Source: Camelus ferus
Taxonomy: Eukaryota
NCBI RefSeq assembly: GCF_009834535.1
Contig: NC_045696.1
Coordinates: 7,566,001 to 7,630,000 of the forward strand
Direction of reading: 5' to 3'
DNA length: 64,000 nt
Part shown: piece by piece, positions 50,670 through 63,125 of the stretch
Position numbering within the stretch: position 1 is the stretch's first letter
Layout of the letters: each line of letters opens with the position of its first letter
Translations under genes and position numbers: made by a program
Notes under the pieces: generated by a model
What the model was told of the DNA's origin: nothing
Seen by the model: the letters and a program-made list of their open reading frames with translations, nothing else
Database searches by the model: none

Positions 50670-50990
50670 AGAAAATGTTTCGTGGAAAATGTCAAATATA
50701 CAAAAGTAAACAAAATCACATAATGAACCTCATATGTGCTCGGCACTGTGCTCCCCAGCTTTCCATTCTGGCCAATCTCACTTTACCTATTCCTACCCAC
50801 TCCTCCTCCTGTATTATTCTGAAGCAAATCCCAGATCAGATCCCTTATCTGTAAATATTTTACTATGTATCTCTAAAAGATAAGAACTCTGTTTAAAAAC
50901 ATAAGCAGTGGTATTTCATTGTCACACCTAAAATAAAACAGTTCCTTCCTGGAATCTCTTACCCAGGCAGTGGTTCAGTTTGTAATCAGA
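50670..50990 (-). mobile_element. Old L1 (L1MC-like) 3' UTR fragment
   Basis: gaagcaaatcccaga...gtatctctaaaagataagaactct motif is typical of antisense L1MC ends. Confidence 0.5.
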
Positions 50991-52640
50991 CTTATTTAAA
51001 GATGGGTTATATTGTCCATGCATTGTGTAGAAGTCTGTCGGTCCCTTTACAAAACAAATACAAGAAAGAAGCAACTAGATATAAATCACAGTTAGTCTTG
51101 GAAGGAAGGGATCTGTAAAATTGATTTCTGTATCTGCTTTGAATGCCACATTTTAACTCCTGTTCTGAAAATAGCAGCAAATAACCATTTGTAATAACGT
51201 GCAAAACAGCCATACACACTGAGATTTCGGAGTTTTGTTCCATCTCTTGCCCTTTCGGAATAAAGCATGAGTTTCTCGCCGTCTCTCTTCTGGGAAGTCC
51301 TGGGTTTCTGTAGCAGGGACGGTATTGATTTTTGCTCGTATGCTTTTGGTTCGGGTTGATATTTAGCCTTTGACCCAGGCACTTTCTTACAATAAACAGT
51401 TTGTTGATGAGAGCAGCTGCCCAGCAGATTGTTTCCAGATTGTTCTCTCATAGCTGAGGACGGAGTGCACCTTACGGAGAAGTCGGCTTGAAGCTTGTGG
51501 CTCCTACTTCCTACAGCCGTCTGCCTTTGAAGCCAACTGTCAGCCTCTGAACGTTCTTCTATATATATCCAGTGAAATGGTGTGAATCTGTGGCACTGGA
51601 AAGCAGACTTCACTTACCATCTTGACTCTTTTATCTTATTCTCTGAATGAGCGATAACAGCATTTTCTAGAAGTTTCTGCCATAGGAGCAACGCCTGGTA
51701 TTACAGCGGGAATTCCCAGCGTTGGGTACGTGGAAATTAGTGTACCAGAGGGTGTTGTGTAGGGAAGAAGAACATGCTTTCTTTTGTGTAGGAATCCATG
51801 CTCCTTGAATATTTAAAGGTTTTACTATGTAATTAGGGAATGAGGTAACTTTCAAACTAAAGCATTATCTGCTTTATGTTATTATCTTGCCCTTTTAAAA
51901 GAAATTCTTATTTTTTCCTGCTTTCAAAAGACAATACTTTTTTTTTTCAATGCAAGTGACAGGTACCCTAATGACTTGGCAATTTATGTGATTCAAAGGC
52001 ACATCTGAGTTTGGATTTTTGCTGCTTCCCCAATCACCCCCCAGCCTTTACCTAGCAGGGCCTGTCTGCTTGCAGCAACCTTCATTAAGGCAAGGTCGGA
52101 ACTTTCAGCATCAGAGCCAACACTTTTTACTAAACTGGCCACCAGGGGCTGCTGTCAGAATGGCGCGGCTGAGCTCACCTCCCTAGAGGCAAGTTTACTT
52201 TTTCTACAACCAGTAAATTTTGTTAAGCTACCAATCCTGGTTTCAAAACTCAGGTCTCACTACACAGCCTCCAGTCACCAAGTATACTTACGGCTGTATC
52301 CCTTCCAGCCAGCGATGACGTAGAACCTGGATCCAATTCAAGACCCAAGATTAAGACTTGTGTGTTTTTCATTCAGTGCCAATAAGCTGTTATTAATACA
52401 CTGATTCCATGTATACTGAAAAGCTTCATGAAACGCCCTGGGGTTTGTGCTCAGGAAGGAACGACCTTCATTTGGACTGTTCAGGATCCCAGCCTCTGGA
52501 GGAACGGCCTGTGACAATCAAAATTGGGTTTTCCAAGGAGGTGTTCTTGCCTGAAGTGACCTTAGCAACCCAGCCCTAGTGCAGACGGCATGAAGGGCTG
52601 TGCTGATCCAACTAAGATGTGAATGCTAGAAGGTATTCTT

Positions 52641-52718
52641 GGTGGTGGTTTGGTCTGGTCTGGTCTGGTCTTGTCTTGTGTTTTCTTTTCTTTTCTTTTT
52701 CCTTTCTTTCTTTCTTTT
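52641..52718. repeat. Compound microsatellite (GGT)n-(TGGTC)n-(TTGTC)-(TTTTC)n-(TTTC)n
   Basis: Read directly from the sequence. Confidence 0.85.
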
Positions 52719-54499
52719 AAACAAATGCTGTATCTTTGATGATTCCAGGATTAATGGCAGAACAAAAATATCCAGTGAATGTTGGAGCTGGCAGAGGCCT
52801 TAGAGAAATTCTGGAGCAAGTCCCTTTGTTTCTCCCCAACTTTCTATTAAAAAAATTTGAAACCTAAGAAAGGGTGAAAGAATAGTATGCAAAGCCCATG
52901 TAGCCTGCACTTGGATTCACTAATAGTTAACATTTGCAACAATGTGATAAACAGGGTTTTTTTTTTTTTTTTCCAATAGTAGTATATGTTAGTGCCTTTA
53001 AGTAAAACACAGAACTCGTTGCAAGTTATTTACAGGAGTAAGAGGCTTCCACAGTTTTGCTTCTAGAAGCTGGCAAGTGAGTGGCATTAGTTTCCACTTG
53101 GCCCTGGGCTTTTTTCTTATTTGAAGTAAAACCAGTAATGGTTCTGGAGAGCTGGTCATCACCCTCCTGGGCTGTGGGCACATCCCATCTCAACATGGGC
53201 CAGCATGTATAAAATTCTTAGAGTATATTTTAAAAGTCCTAAACTATAGAACATAAAACATGTTTAGAGCCGTATGCTGTGAGGACAGCAGTTGATCGTT
53301 AATGCCCAGCAAAGGAATTGTACCAGCCCTGATCTAGGGAAATTCCACTGATAACCACGTTACACGAATAGGAGTTACAATTTTTCTTTCAATTTTCTAA
53401 CCCGAGTATTGTGACTTGGAATCTTAGATCTGATTGCTTGCTTTTATAAGGTTAAAAGAATTGTTTTTTGGTGAAGTAGTGTACAAATGTTGTTGTATTA
53501 TGTGAATATCTGTCTACTCCATTAAACTGTAATACAAGCTTATTTGAAGGCAAGGACCATATGTTGTTAATCTTTGTATCCCTTTTCCAGTATTTTGCCT
53601 ATAGTAGGCATTTAGTAAGTGTTTCGTTTGAAAACTTAAAAACGTTTTGGCGTTTCCCACTAAAGTATTGTGAAACACTTCCTCTGCTCCTGTGTCTGGG
53701 AGACCTAAGGGGCCTCAGAGGACAGGCCAGCAGTAAACAGCCCACCGGGCTTGGACTGGCTGCCTGGTCCAATCTAGCTGTCACCCTTTATCCAGGTATA
53801 ATAGGAGTTTTGTAAACAACCATGTTAAACAGTTTAAAAGAATCAGCTGTTGAGGTACCCGAGGAAAACTGACAAATTGGAGCTACAGGAAAAAGTTGGT
53901 GTAGTTTTCTCTGTTGTTAACAGACTTTCTAGTTTAGAAACTGTACCAAGTATGCACTGGTCAGCCAGCTACTCCTTCCTGTCAACTAGTAAGACTTTCT
54001 GAAACCTGCCTTACTAGACTTATCTCTTTTGAATGCTTGCTTGCGTATCTGCTCTTTCTTTGCAGGGTAGGAGAAGGGGACGCCTACCCTTCTCCCCTCT
54101 AATGCGGTATTCTCTTAATTTTCCAGAGTGTCACGTTGACAACCATCTGAACGCGTGAACATTTGCTAAAATAAGTAGAGTAGAAAGGCCTCTGCCTTCT
54201 CCTAATCCTCCTCACACCGGCCTCCTCTCTCTGTGCTGGTAACAGTGCTTATTTTAATTTTGGAGCCCTAGAGATGGTGTTACAGTTTTAACTGAGCATT
54301 AAACATTTGGAATGAAGCACTGACTCTTGAATATTAAAGCCGAAAAGGAGAGTTGCCGTTTTCCCGTTTTAAAAATGAGGAACAGGCAGGGCCTCCCACC
54401 TAGTCGGGAGCAGAGCTGTTGACCAGATTCTGTGCTGGGGTCTCCTGCGCTCACGCACAGAGCTCCAGAGAGGTCAAGGCCAGGGTGCAGATGATGGGC

Positions 54500-55020
54500 A
54501 CGTAATTTAGGACGGGTGAGCCCTTGGGGTAACTCGGCATCAGTCCCGGGCCTGGCGCTCCAGGCCAGCGGCTCAATCAGCACCGCAGGGGTGTGGATGG
54601 CGCGCACATGCGTGTGCGCCTGCGTATGCGTGGCTATGCGCACGTGTATGTGCACCCGTGCGCATGCGTACGCACGCCTGCGCACCTGTGCGCATGCTTG
54701 TGCGTCGGCCCGGGCGTGCCACCTCAGGGAGAGGCTGGCGGGGCTGCCGCCCAGGCGTTCACTCGCACCCAGGGCTTGCCGCGCAGAGCTTTCTTGGCTT
54801 CCGAGCTCCACGCTCCTTGCTCCATTAGGAGCCTGTTTGTGTTGGCCTTGGACAAATGGTGGGCGTTTTACACGGGCAGGCTTAATGAAGGCCCTGGAGA
54901 CTTCTACGGATGTTGAATGCAAACCCACAGGCCCCGTCAGTGGAAGTTAGTGCCTCTCCAGTCGGAGCAGCGGTTGAGCTCCGACCCGGAACGCCTCCCT
55001 TTCTTTTAGTGCCGCCCGTG
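54500..55020. promoter_or_regulatory. Small intronic CpG-rich element with an alternating purine-pyrimidine, NRF1-like motif cluster
   Basis: Local CpG enrichment, several TGCGCNTGC motifs and 20-21 nt RY-alternating runs at 54600-54705. Confidence 0.45.
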
Positions 55021-56719
55021 GCTCTCTTTTGGTCTCTGCACTTGCAGAATAGATTTCACCTCTAAAATGAGCCTATTTGGCCCAGCGGAGGTGTGATGCC
55101 TATAAAACCAGCCTTGTTAGAAATGACTTATTCATTACCCCTGTTTTACGGGTCCACCCCAGCCTTTTGTGGTCTTCGCTAGTTGGCAGGTAACAAAAAG
55201 TGCAGTAAATCCGTGGCCTTTCAGAGGCTGAGTCTGAGCGAAACCTCTAAATAATAAAAGGAACACAGTTTAACAGGCATTTATTGAGTGCCTACTGTGT
55301 CCCAAGCATAGGGGACCCGAAATGACTGCGACAAGTTAAGCTCGTGAGGAACTCCCGTTCCTGGGATTTAGTTATCCAATGCCCTTGGTCGTAAATCCTT
55401 TGGAGTTGTGGACGTTCCAGGTTTGACCTGGTCACTGTGAAAGGTCAGGGTGTGTAGAATTTCACCCTGTTGCTGGACGCAGGTTGTGCGCCAAGGCTGA
55501 GATGTGAGATGCAGGCACTTTAGAGTGAGACCTTTGCCCCCCCCCCCCCCCATCCTTGGGTCCTCTTCTCAGCCGTTGTGTTGGCCACTCACCCGTTTAT
55601 CCTGTCGCCTTGTTCTATGCCCCTTCCCAGGCTCTGGTTGCTCTCGGCCCTAGCGCTGCGCTGGCAGGACAGGTTTCCTCTCTGCCCTCTCTGCTTACAG
55701 CCCCTGTGGATGGTTCTGACCATTTGCTCCTCCAGGCCTTTTGCTGGTCCAGGTGCTTCCCCATCCCTGCTCTTTAATTCTCTCAACTCTGTCCACAGTT
55801 CTGTAAGTAGTCCTTCCATTGGACTCTTGAATATTCTATCTCTTTCTGGCTGAAACCAGAGGGAAGTGAACAGTGACTCAAATGATAAAAATTTGTTTTT
55901 GTGTGAAAATGTCCTCACCTGGGCTTGCCATAAGTAGACACAGTTAATGGTAGTCCCAAGCTTCAAATTTAAGTTTCTCTTACCAAACGTTCTAATCCTT
56001 GCCCACTACCCACCCCACCCCACCTCCGCTCCAAGCTACATATATCTATTTTACCACTATTTCATACTTGTATTATATAGAGTTTATATCTTTGTGATAT
56101 TTAGGTGTTTTGATTATAGTCAATAAGCATTTCCTATGTTGCTTCATTTTGGGTTAGGTTCTCTTCTGAGGACTGTGGGATAGGAATTAGAGCAAGGATT
56201 TGGGAGCCAGGCAGATTTGGTTTAGTGCTCTGTGACTTACTGTCTTTGTAGGTTGGGCATCATTAATGCTGTCTGAGGTTCCATTTCTTCTTCTGTGGAT
56301 GGTGATAATAGTGCTGTGGTATTGCTGGGTGAGGGTTGGAGTCCTGGCCTAAAGCACCGGTGCTCCTTATAGGGTGGGTGTGCAATAAACGGTAGCTTTC
56401 GTACCATGGATGTAGCCTAGTGCATGAGGGAATAGAACTTAAAATCATTTAGCTAGAGACATTGCCAGTCACTTGCCCATTTAGGTAGCAAGTCCCTTGG
56501 GAAAAGACTTGTGAGAAGTTACTTTAGTGGCCTCTCTTGGTGCATTGTAGGTAAGGCAAGGAGGAACCCTGAGGAAAGCATAGCCAAGCCTCCTGGTTGG
56601 CTATGCAGGCAGCCCCTCCACTTCTTCTGGATGCAGGGCTAATTGATGGGGGACAGTGGATGGATTCCAGAGAGGACAGGTAGTGAAGGAATAAAAGGCT
56701 TGGGATCTTGACCCCTTCT

Positions 56720-57425
56720 CTTTTTAAAAAGCTGTGGTTAAATTTAACATAAGGTTATTATTTTAACCATTTTTAAGTGTACAGTTCAGTGGCATTCACA
56801 GTGTTGTGCAACCATCCCCACTATCTATTTTTTCGGGGGAGGGGTAATTATGTTCATTTATTTATTCTTCTTACTTTTAATGGCAATATGCGGGATTGAA
56901 CCCAGGACCTCGTGCATGCTAAGCACTGCACTCTACCACTGAGCTATACCCTCCCTGCTCCACTATTTATTTCCAAAATTTTTCATCACTCCAAGCAGAA
57001 ACTTTGTACCCATTAGTCATTAACTTCTCGTTTTCTCTCTCCTCAGCTTCTGTTAACCTCTATTCTACTTTCTGTTTCTGTGAATTTATTTAACTCTAGA
57101 CATTTCATGTAAGTGGAATCATACAGTGTTTGTCCTTTTGTGTCTGGCTTCCTCATAGCATAATGTTTTCAAGATTCATTTATATTGTAGCATCTATCAG
57201 AACTTTATTTCTTGTTATGGTTGAATAATATTCCATTTGTGTATGTGTACCACATTTGTTTACCCATTCATCTGTTGATTTATCTGTTGACTGACACAGG
57301 TTATTTCCAGTCTTTGGCTATTGTGAACAGTGTTGCTCTCAACAGGATCAGTTTGAGTTCCTCCTTTCAGTTCTTTTGGGTAAATACCTGGGAATTCTCT
57401 GTTTGGCTTTTTGAGGAACTGCCAA
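56720..57425 (-). mobile_element. L1 (L1MA/MB-like) 3' fragment
   Basis: ttttaagtgtacagttcagtggcatt...gtggaatcatacagtgtttgtccttttgtgtctggctt. Confidence 0.85.
56828..56956 (-). mobile_element. tRNA-Ala-derived SINE nested in L1
   Basis: Reverse head and tail. TSD ccactatctattt / ccactatttattt. Confidence 0.86.
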
Positions 57426-59024
57426 ATTAGACCCCTTCTTTTTTGAGAGTCAGTGTCACTAGACTCACTGATGAATTCACATGGACCTAATCAGAAAGAA
57501 GCATCATCAAGGACCCCACAGAGGATCCTGCTGTCTTGGTGCCAGGCTTGATACCAGGACCAAGATAGGTGGTCTCAATCCCAGATGCCTAGGAGCAGAG
57601 GAGGTGGCACACCAGAGTTCAGCTGGAGAGAGTGTCTCCATACTATGAGGATAGTGCTACTTGGCTCAGCCGGTCATTGCCACATGGGAAAGAGTTTCTG
57701 TTTCTTCAAAAGAAGCAGGAAATTTGATGTGAGATTTCCTGATTTTGAAGTGTTTAGCAGCTAGTTCTAAATGGGTGGAGCAAGTAAAACATGTCCCTGT
57801 GTTCATTTTGGTTCTTGGGTGTCTTGGTGACAGGTCACCTGAATGTTTATGGGGATGCACTGGTTTCAGCGGTGTGTCACTGAAGCAAGAAGCTACCCCC
57901 TCCTTCCAATTCAGTCTGGTATGAGAGTGCTTGGGTCCTATGGCTGAGCATACTTGGAGAAGCAAGAAGGCAGGGGCCTTGGGATTTCAAGCTGGGATGC
58001 AGTACCATCCAAGGAGGAATTGGGACAAGTTAGGCAAGGAAAGGTTAATCAGACTGCAGTGGGGCCAGTGGAAGTAGACAGAAGCAGCTGCATGGGGGAC
58101 CAGTCAGGTGAAGAGGAATACACACATCTCAGACCCTGCCTGACGCTTTCCTCTGCTTGGTTTTGGTGCTTAGAATCAAGTTCACACTGAGTGTTGCCAC
58201 ATGAGCAATCCTTACCTTAGATGAGGTCAGGACCAAAAACAGTCCCGCTCTTTAAGAGCATCATCTTTTGATTGTACAGATCTGCTATGTTGTGTGCCTT
58301 CCTCACTTGGGTGAAGACACTGAATGAAAGTGAAATTGGCTGTGAATATTTTGCTGTAAATACCAGTAGTAAGAATTGGGTTATTATTTATTTTTTTTTG
58401 GTATAAATTTTCATATAAATTCTTCTACTCCTGTTTCCTTGAGAGTATTTATTGAGAATGAAGATGGCTTGTATTCTGTGTCTTTGTAGATTCATTTTCT
58501 GATTTACCCGCTTGTGGTTGCCTAGCAACTTACAGTGTTATGACTGAAGCACAACTAATCTGATTATTTACAATGAGGTGAATGTGTCTCTGAGAAAGAA
58601 AACCTTTAAAAGTTAAGATCAGTTATTTGGTGTTTCTTGGGAAAAGGAGCACCAAAACACAAACAGAGATGGTAATAAATATTTTGAATCCAGTGCTGAA
58701 TCAGAGTTAGGGCTATGTTCCACCCACTGAGTCTTGTTAGATGGGTGCATTTAGCAGATAAGACAAGTTGATGGGATGGAAAGGCTCTAATGTGACTCGG
58801 CATAGCATACTGTACATCTCTGGCCTTAGTTGCATTCTCTATAGCAGCCGTTACAATATGTTCACTAACTGTGGAGTAGTCACTTGTGTATTTACACTAA
58901 ATGTGAATTTAAGCATTCATTTCTTCAGAAGTAGGGACATTGGTGTTCTTTTGGACATTTGTGACTATAGAGTCTTGTGGACTTTAATTTTGTTTAGCAG
59001 TTGAGGGAGATTGTTGCTATTTGC

Positions 59025-60965
59025 ATTAAAAAATCAACTTTGGGTATAAGTTATAATCAAGAAAATGCACTTATTTCGGTGTAGAATTTGATAAACATGT
59101 ATGCTGGAGTAACCACCATTACAATCCAGATAGAGAACATTTCCAGTATCCCACAAAATTCCCGTTCCTGTTTCTCATTTAGTCCTCATCCATTCTCACA
59201 CCCTTATGCTCATCGTTGGGCAATCACTGATCTGCTTTCTATTCATCATATAGATTAGATTGGTCTTTCATGGAACTTCATCTAAATTGAATCATACAGT
59301 ACATACTCTTCTGTGTTTTGTCTTTTTTAAAATTTCATTTTAATTAACATTATGTTTTTGAGATCTACCTTGTTGCCATATGAGTAGTTAGTTCATTCCT
59401 TTTTTATTGCTGAGTAGTGTTTCATTGTATGGATATGTCATAAATTATCTATTCTCCTGTTAGTGGGACGTTGGATTGTTTGCATTTTGACGGGTATTAT
59501 GAGTAACGTTTCTATGACCATTCATGTACAAGTCTTTGTGTGGACCAGTGTTTTCATTTCTCTTGGGTAAATAACTAGGAATAGAATTTCTGGGTCATAT
59601 GGCAAGGGTATGTTTAATTTGATGAGAGACTGCCAAACTGTTTTCCTAAATTATTGTACTGTTTTATGTTCCTGCCAGTAATGTATGAGAGTTCCAGTTA
59701 CTACGCATCTTTGCCAACATTAGATATTATCAGAATTTAACATTTTAACCATTCTAATTGGTGTATAGCAGTATCTCATTGTGGTTTTAATTTGTGTTTC
59801 CTGGTGACAAGTGATGCTGAGCATTTTTTTATGTGCTTATTGGCCATCTGATGTTTTCTTTTGAGTAGTGTCTGTTCAGGTCATTTCACTGATGTTCTAA
59901 GTTGAATTGTTTGTTTTCTTATAATTGTTTTCAGAGGTTTTTTTGTTTTGTTTTGTTTTGTTTGCATTCTAGATACAAGTCCTTTGTCAGGTGTGTGTAT
60001 TTGGAATAGTTTCTTTCAGTTTGTTGTCTTTTCATTTTTCTTAGCATTAACTCTTGAAGAGCAGCAGTTCTTAGAGTTCTTAATTTTTATAAAGTTCAGT
60101 TTATCACTCTTTTATGGTTCATGATTCTTTTGTTCTATCTAAGAAAAATTTTACCTATCCCAGGAACAGAAAGTTTTTCTCCTACATTTTACTTTATAAG
60201 TTTTATAGTTATATTTAGGTCTGTGATTCATTTCAAGCTAATTTTTATACATATGTACTGTAAGGGTCAAGGTTTTTTTTGGTATATGAATGTCCAGTTG
60301 TTTCAGCACCATGTATTGAAAAGATGATCCTTTTTCAGGTGAATTACCTTGGTGCTTTTGTTGAAAATCAATTGAACATATATGTGTGGTCCTATTTCTG
60401 GACTCTGTTTTCAGTAGTATATATCTGTCTGTATGCCAGTACCATACTCTCTTGATTACTGCACTTTATAGTAAGTCTTGAAGTTAGCTAATTTTAAGTC
60501 TTCCAAATTTTTTTCTTTCCAAAATTGTTTCTGTCTTTTTAGTTCTGTACAAGTTTTAGAACTAGCATATCAATTTCTACAAAAGAAAGCTTGCTAGGAT
60601 TTTGATTGGGATTGCATTGAATCCATAGATCAATTTGGAGAAGAATCGACATCCTAACAGTATTGAGTCTTCCAATCCATGAACATGGTATAGCTCTTCA
60701 ATTATTTAGGGCTTCTTTAATTTTTAATTCAGTAATGTTTTATAGTTTTCAGTGTACAGGTCTGGAACATATTTTGTTTAACACATCCCTAAATATTTCA
60801 GATCTCTTGATGCCATTAAAGATGGTGTTTAAAAAAATCAGACTCCAGATATTCATAGAAATACACCCAGTTTTTTTATATTGACCTTGCATTTTACAAC
60901 CTTGCTAAAAACTCTCCAGTTCTAGTACATTTTTGGTGGATTCCTTGGGGTCTTCATGTTGTGTG
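59025..60965 (-). mobile_element. L1 (L1M-type) ~2 kb antisense fragment
   Basis: Continuous antisense L1 3' UTR and ORF2 text (gtatctcattgtggttttaatttg, cagcaccatgtattgaaaaga, ttgattgggattgcattgaat). Confidence 0.88.
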
Positions 60966-62756
60966 CAATATGTCCTAATAAGGAAACAAAGGCACATTCA
61001 CCTTCCTTAAGAATAGCTAGTGTTTCCCTAGTGCTGTGGCTAATTCAAAGGGGCCAGCATTTATGTGACTGTAAAATGTTGTTTTTGGTTCCACCTAAAT
61101 TGTATTTAATGAGCCTGAAACCTTAGAGAAAGGTAAATACTAAATTCTTGAAGTTCAAATGTTAAAAAAATAACATTAATTAGAAGGTTTTTATGAATTT
61201 CATTGGGGTGGAATTTGATAGCAGCTATTTTGTCTTCAACAGGACTGATTCAGCTTTAAAGATTTCAAATTTCTTTTTGATGCTTGTGTATCCATATTAA
61301 GGCCATCTCTTATTGCCTTTTTGGGAGTTTTATCTCTTGATATACCTTTAATATCTGTTACTTGTGGAATTTTTTGGTAAGGAATTTAATATGCATTTGT
61401 ATAGTGAATGCTTACTAAGCACACACTGTTTGCCACACTTGGTACCAGGTGCCATGGATACAGTTAGGAGCAAGCCAGAAACATGCATTTGCTGTCTTTA
61501 TGGAGCTTCCATTCTAGCAAGACAATGGGACATTGAATAAATGTTTATACAAATTATAGAATTACAATTTGAAATGTGCTATAAAGTCACTAAGTCACTA
61601 ACCTAGACTGGGACAGGCTGTGGATCAGAGAAGTCTTCCCTAAAGAAGTGGAATTTTTGCAAGCTCTGATAGTTGTTTAAAGAGTTAGGTAGTTTTGGGG
61701 ACACAAGGTTGGTAATATTACTTATGTCAGCCCATTTGTCTTGATAATATGATCCAAACGTTTTTCTTCAATAGCATTTCTATAATGTCTTAGTGGTCAT
61801 TAGTAGAATTAAGCTAAGAATCATGAATTAATTCCTTTTTCTTATGTATGTTAGCAGCTACTTCTGCAGCTCTTAAGTCATTGCTGTAACTTGAGTGCAT
61901 CTGAGAAGACATACCAGGCAGATATGCATCAAACATGTAGTTATTTTGACATTTCTTGTGACCAGAATTTTATTCTCCTGTCCAGGAATAATGGGGTTGG
62001 AGGACTCCCCCCCACCCCCACCATGTGTATTCAGTTTTACTTGATGGCTTAAAGTTGCATTTGGTTATAGTGAATATAAATATTTAGGAGAATTAGAGGT
62101 GGTATATGGTTATATTTCTTAAGAGGTTCCAGGTCTCATTTTATATCTTTTCAGAGTCTCTTTTCTGAGTAACTTTCTTGGTTCTGATTAAGTCCCAGAA
62201 GATTATATGAAAGAGATATAAAGAAAAAAAAAAAAGCAAAGCTTGTGTAACCTTGCTTAGATCAGTTTTAATTTATTTTGCATATTTATGCATCTCTAAG
62301 TATTGCTTTCAAAAGCAAAGTTTAGTAGATGAATGATGTGTAGATGGCTAGTTGGATAATTCACCCCAGAGGAGACTCCCTGCTTTATTCCCTTTGTGGA
62401 AGTTCCACTTGGTGCTAGCTGCTCCTTTATTGTTTCATCTTGATTTTCATTGACTTTGAATGGGGGGTTCATGTTGCCTACAGCCACTGAATAACTGTTC
62501 CACTCTCTGCTTGAGTTAATGAGAACTGAAGTTAGTTAAAAAATGTTTGTTATCCGGATTGTTTTACTGCTCTATTTTTGTGATTTAACCTATTCACTGA
62601 TGTATCTTTAGCCTGTGTGCGGCCCTTGTGACATCCAACTGTTCTGGGGAATGTGATGAAGGAAAGTCAGATCTGTTCACTTTATGCTTTAAGGGCACTG
62701 ACTAAAGTTTAAAGAGCAGAGTTGGTTCTAACTAATGGCCAGATTTGAGGTTTGGG

Positions 62757-63125
62757 GGTATCTTGGTCAATACAGGCTACTAAAACAATAGCATAGACTG
62801 GGTAGTTATATTATAAACAACGAACATTTATTTCTCACACTTGTGGAGGCTGGAAGTCTGAGATCAGAGTGCCAGCAAGGTTGTTCTGGTGAGGGTCCTC
62901 TCCTGGGTTGCAGACACACATCTCTGGGCTGTGTCCTCACTTGGCGGAGAGGGTGAGGGAGCTCTCTGGGATTGCTTTTATAAAGGTACTAATCCCATTC
63001 ATGAGGGCTCCACCCTCATGATCTACCTAATCACCCCCAAGGGCCCCATCTCCAGATACCACCTTGGGCTTCAGGATTTCAACATATGAATCTGGGGTGG
63101 GGGGACAAATATTCCATCTGTAATA
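62757..63125 (-). mobile_element. MaLR solo LTR (MLT1A-like)
   Basis: catttatttctcacacttgtggaggctggaagtctgagatcagagtgccagca...taatcccattcatgagggctccaccctcatga. Confidence 0.82.

Noticed and set aside
51092..51613. 173-aa minus-strand ORF
   Set aside because: Non-ATG start, no recognisable homology or exon structure. An ORF of this length is plausible by chance in 64 kb.
54299..54950. 209/144/107-aa ORFs with HAC/VCA-like repeats
   Set aside because: They are produced by the alternating purine-pyrimidine tract and are not protein-like.
450..56956. tRNA-Ala(AGC) genes
   Set aside because: The tRNA-like heads are diverged, carry SINE tails and TSDs, and recur about 15 times. They are SINEs, not functional tRNAs.
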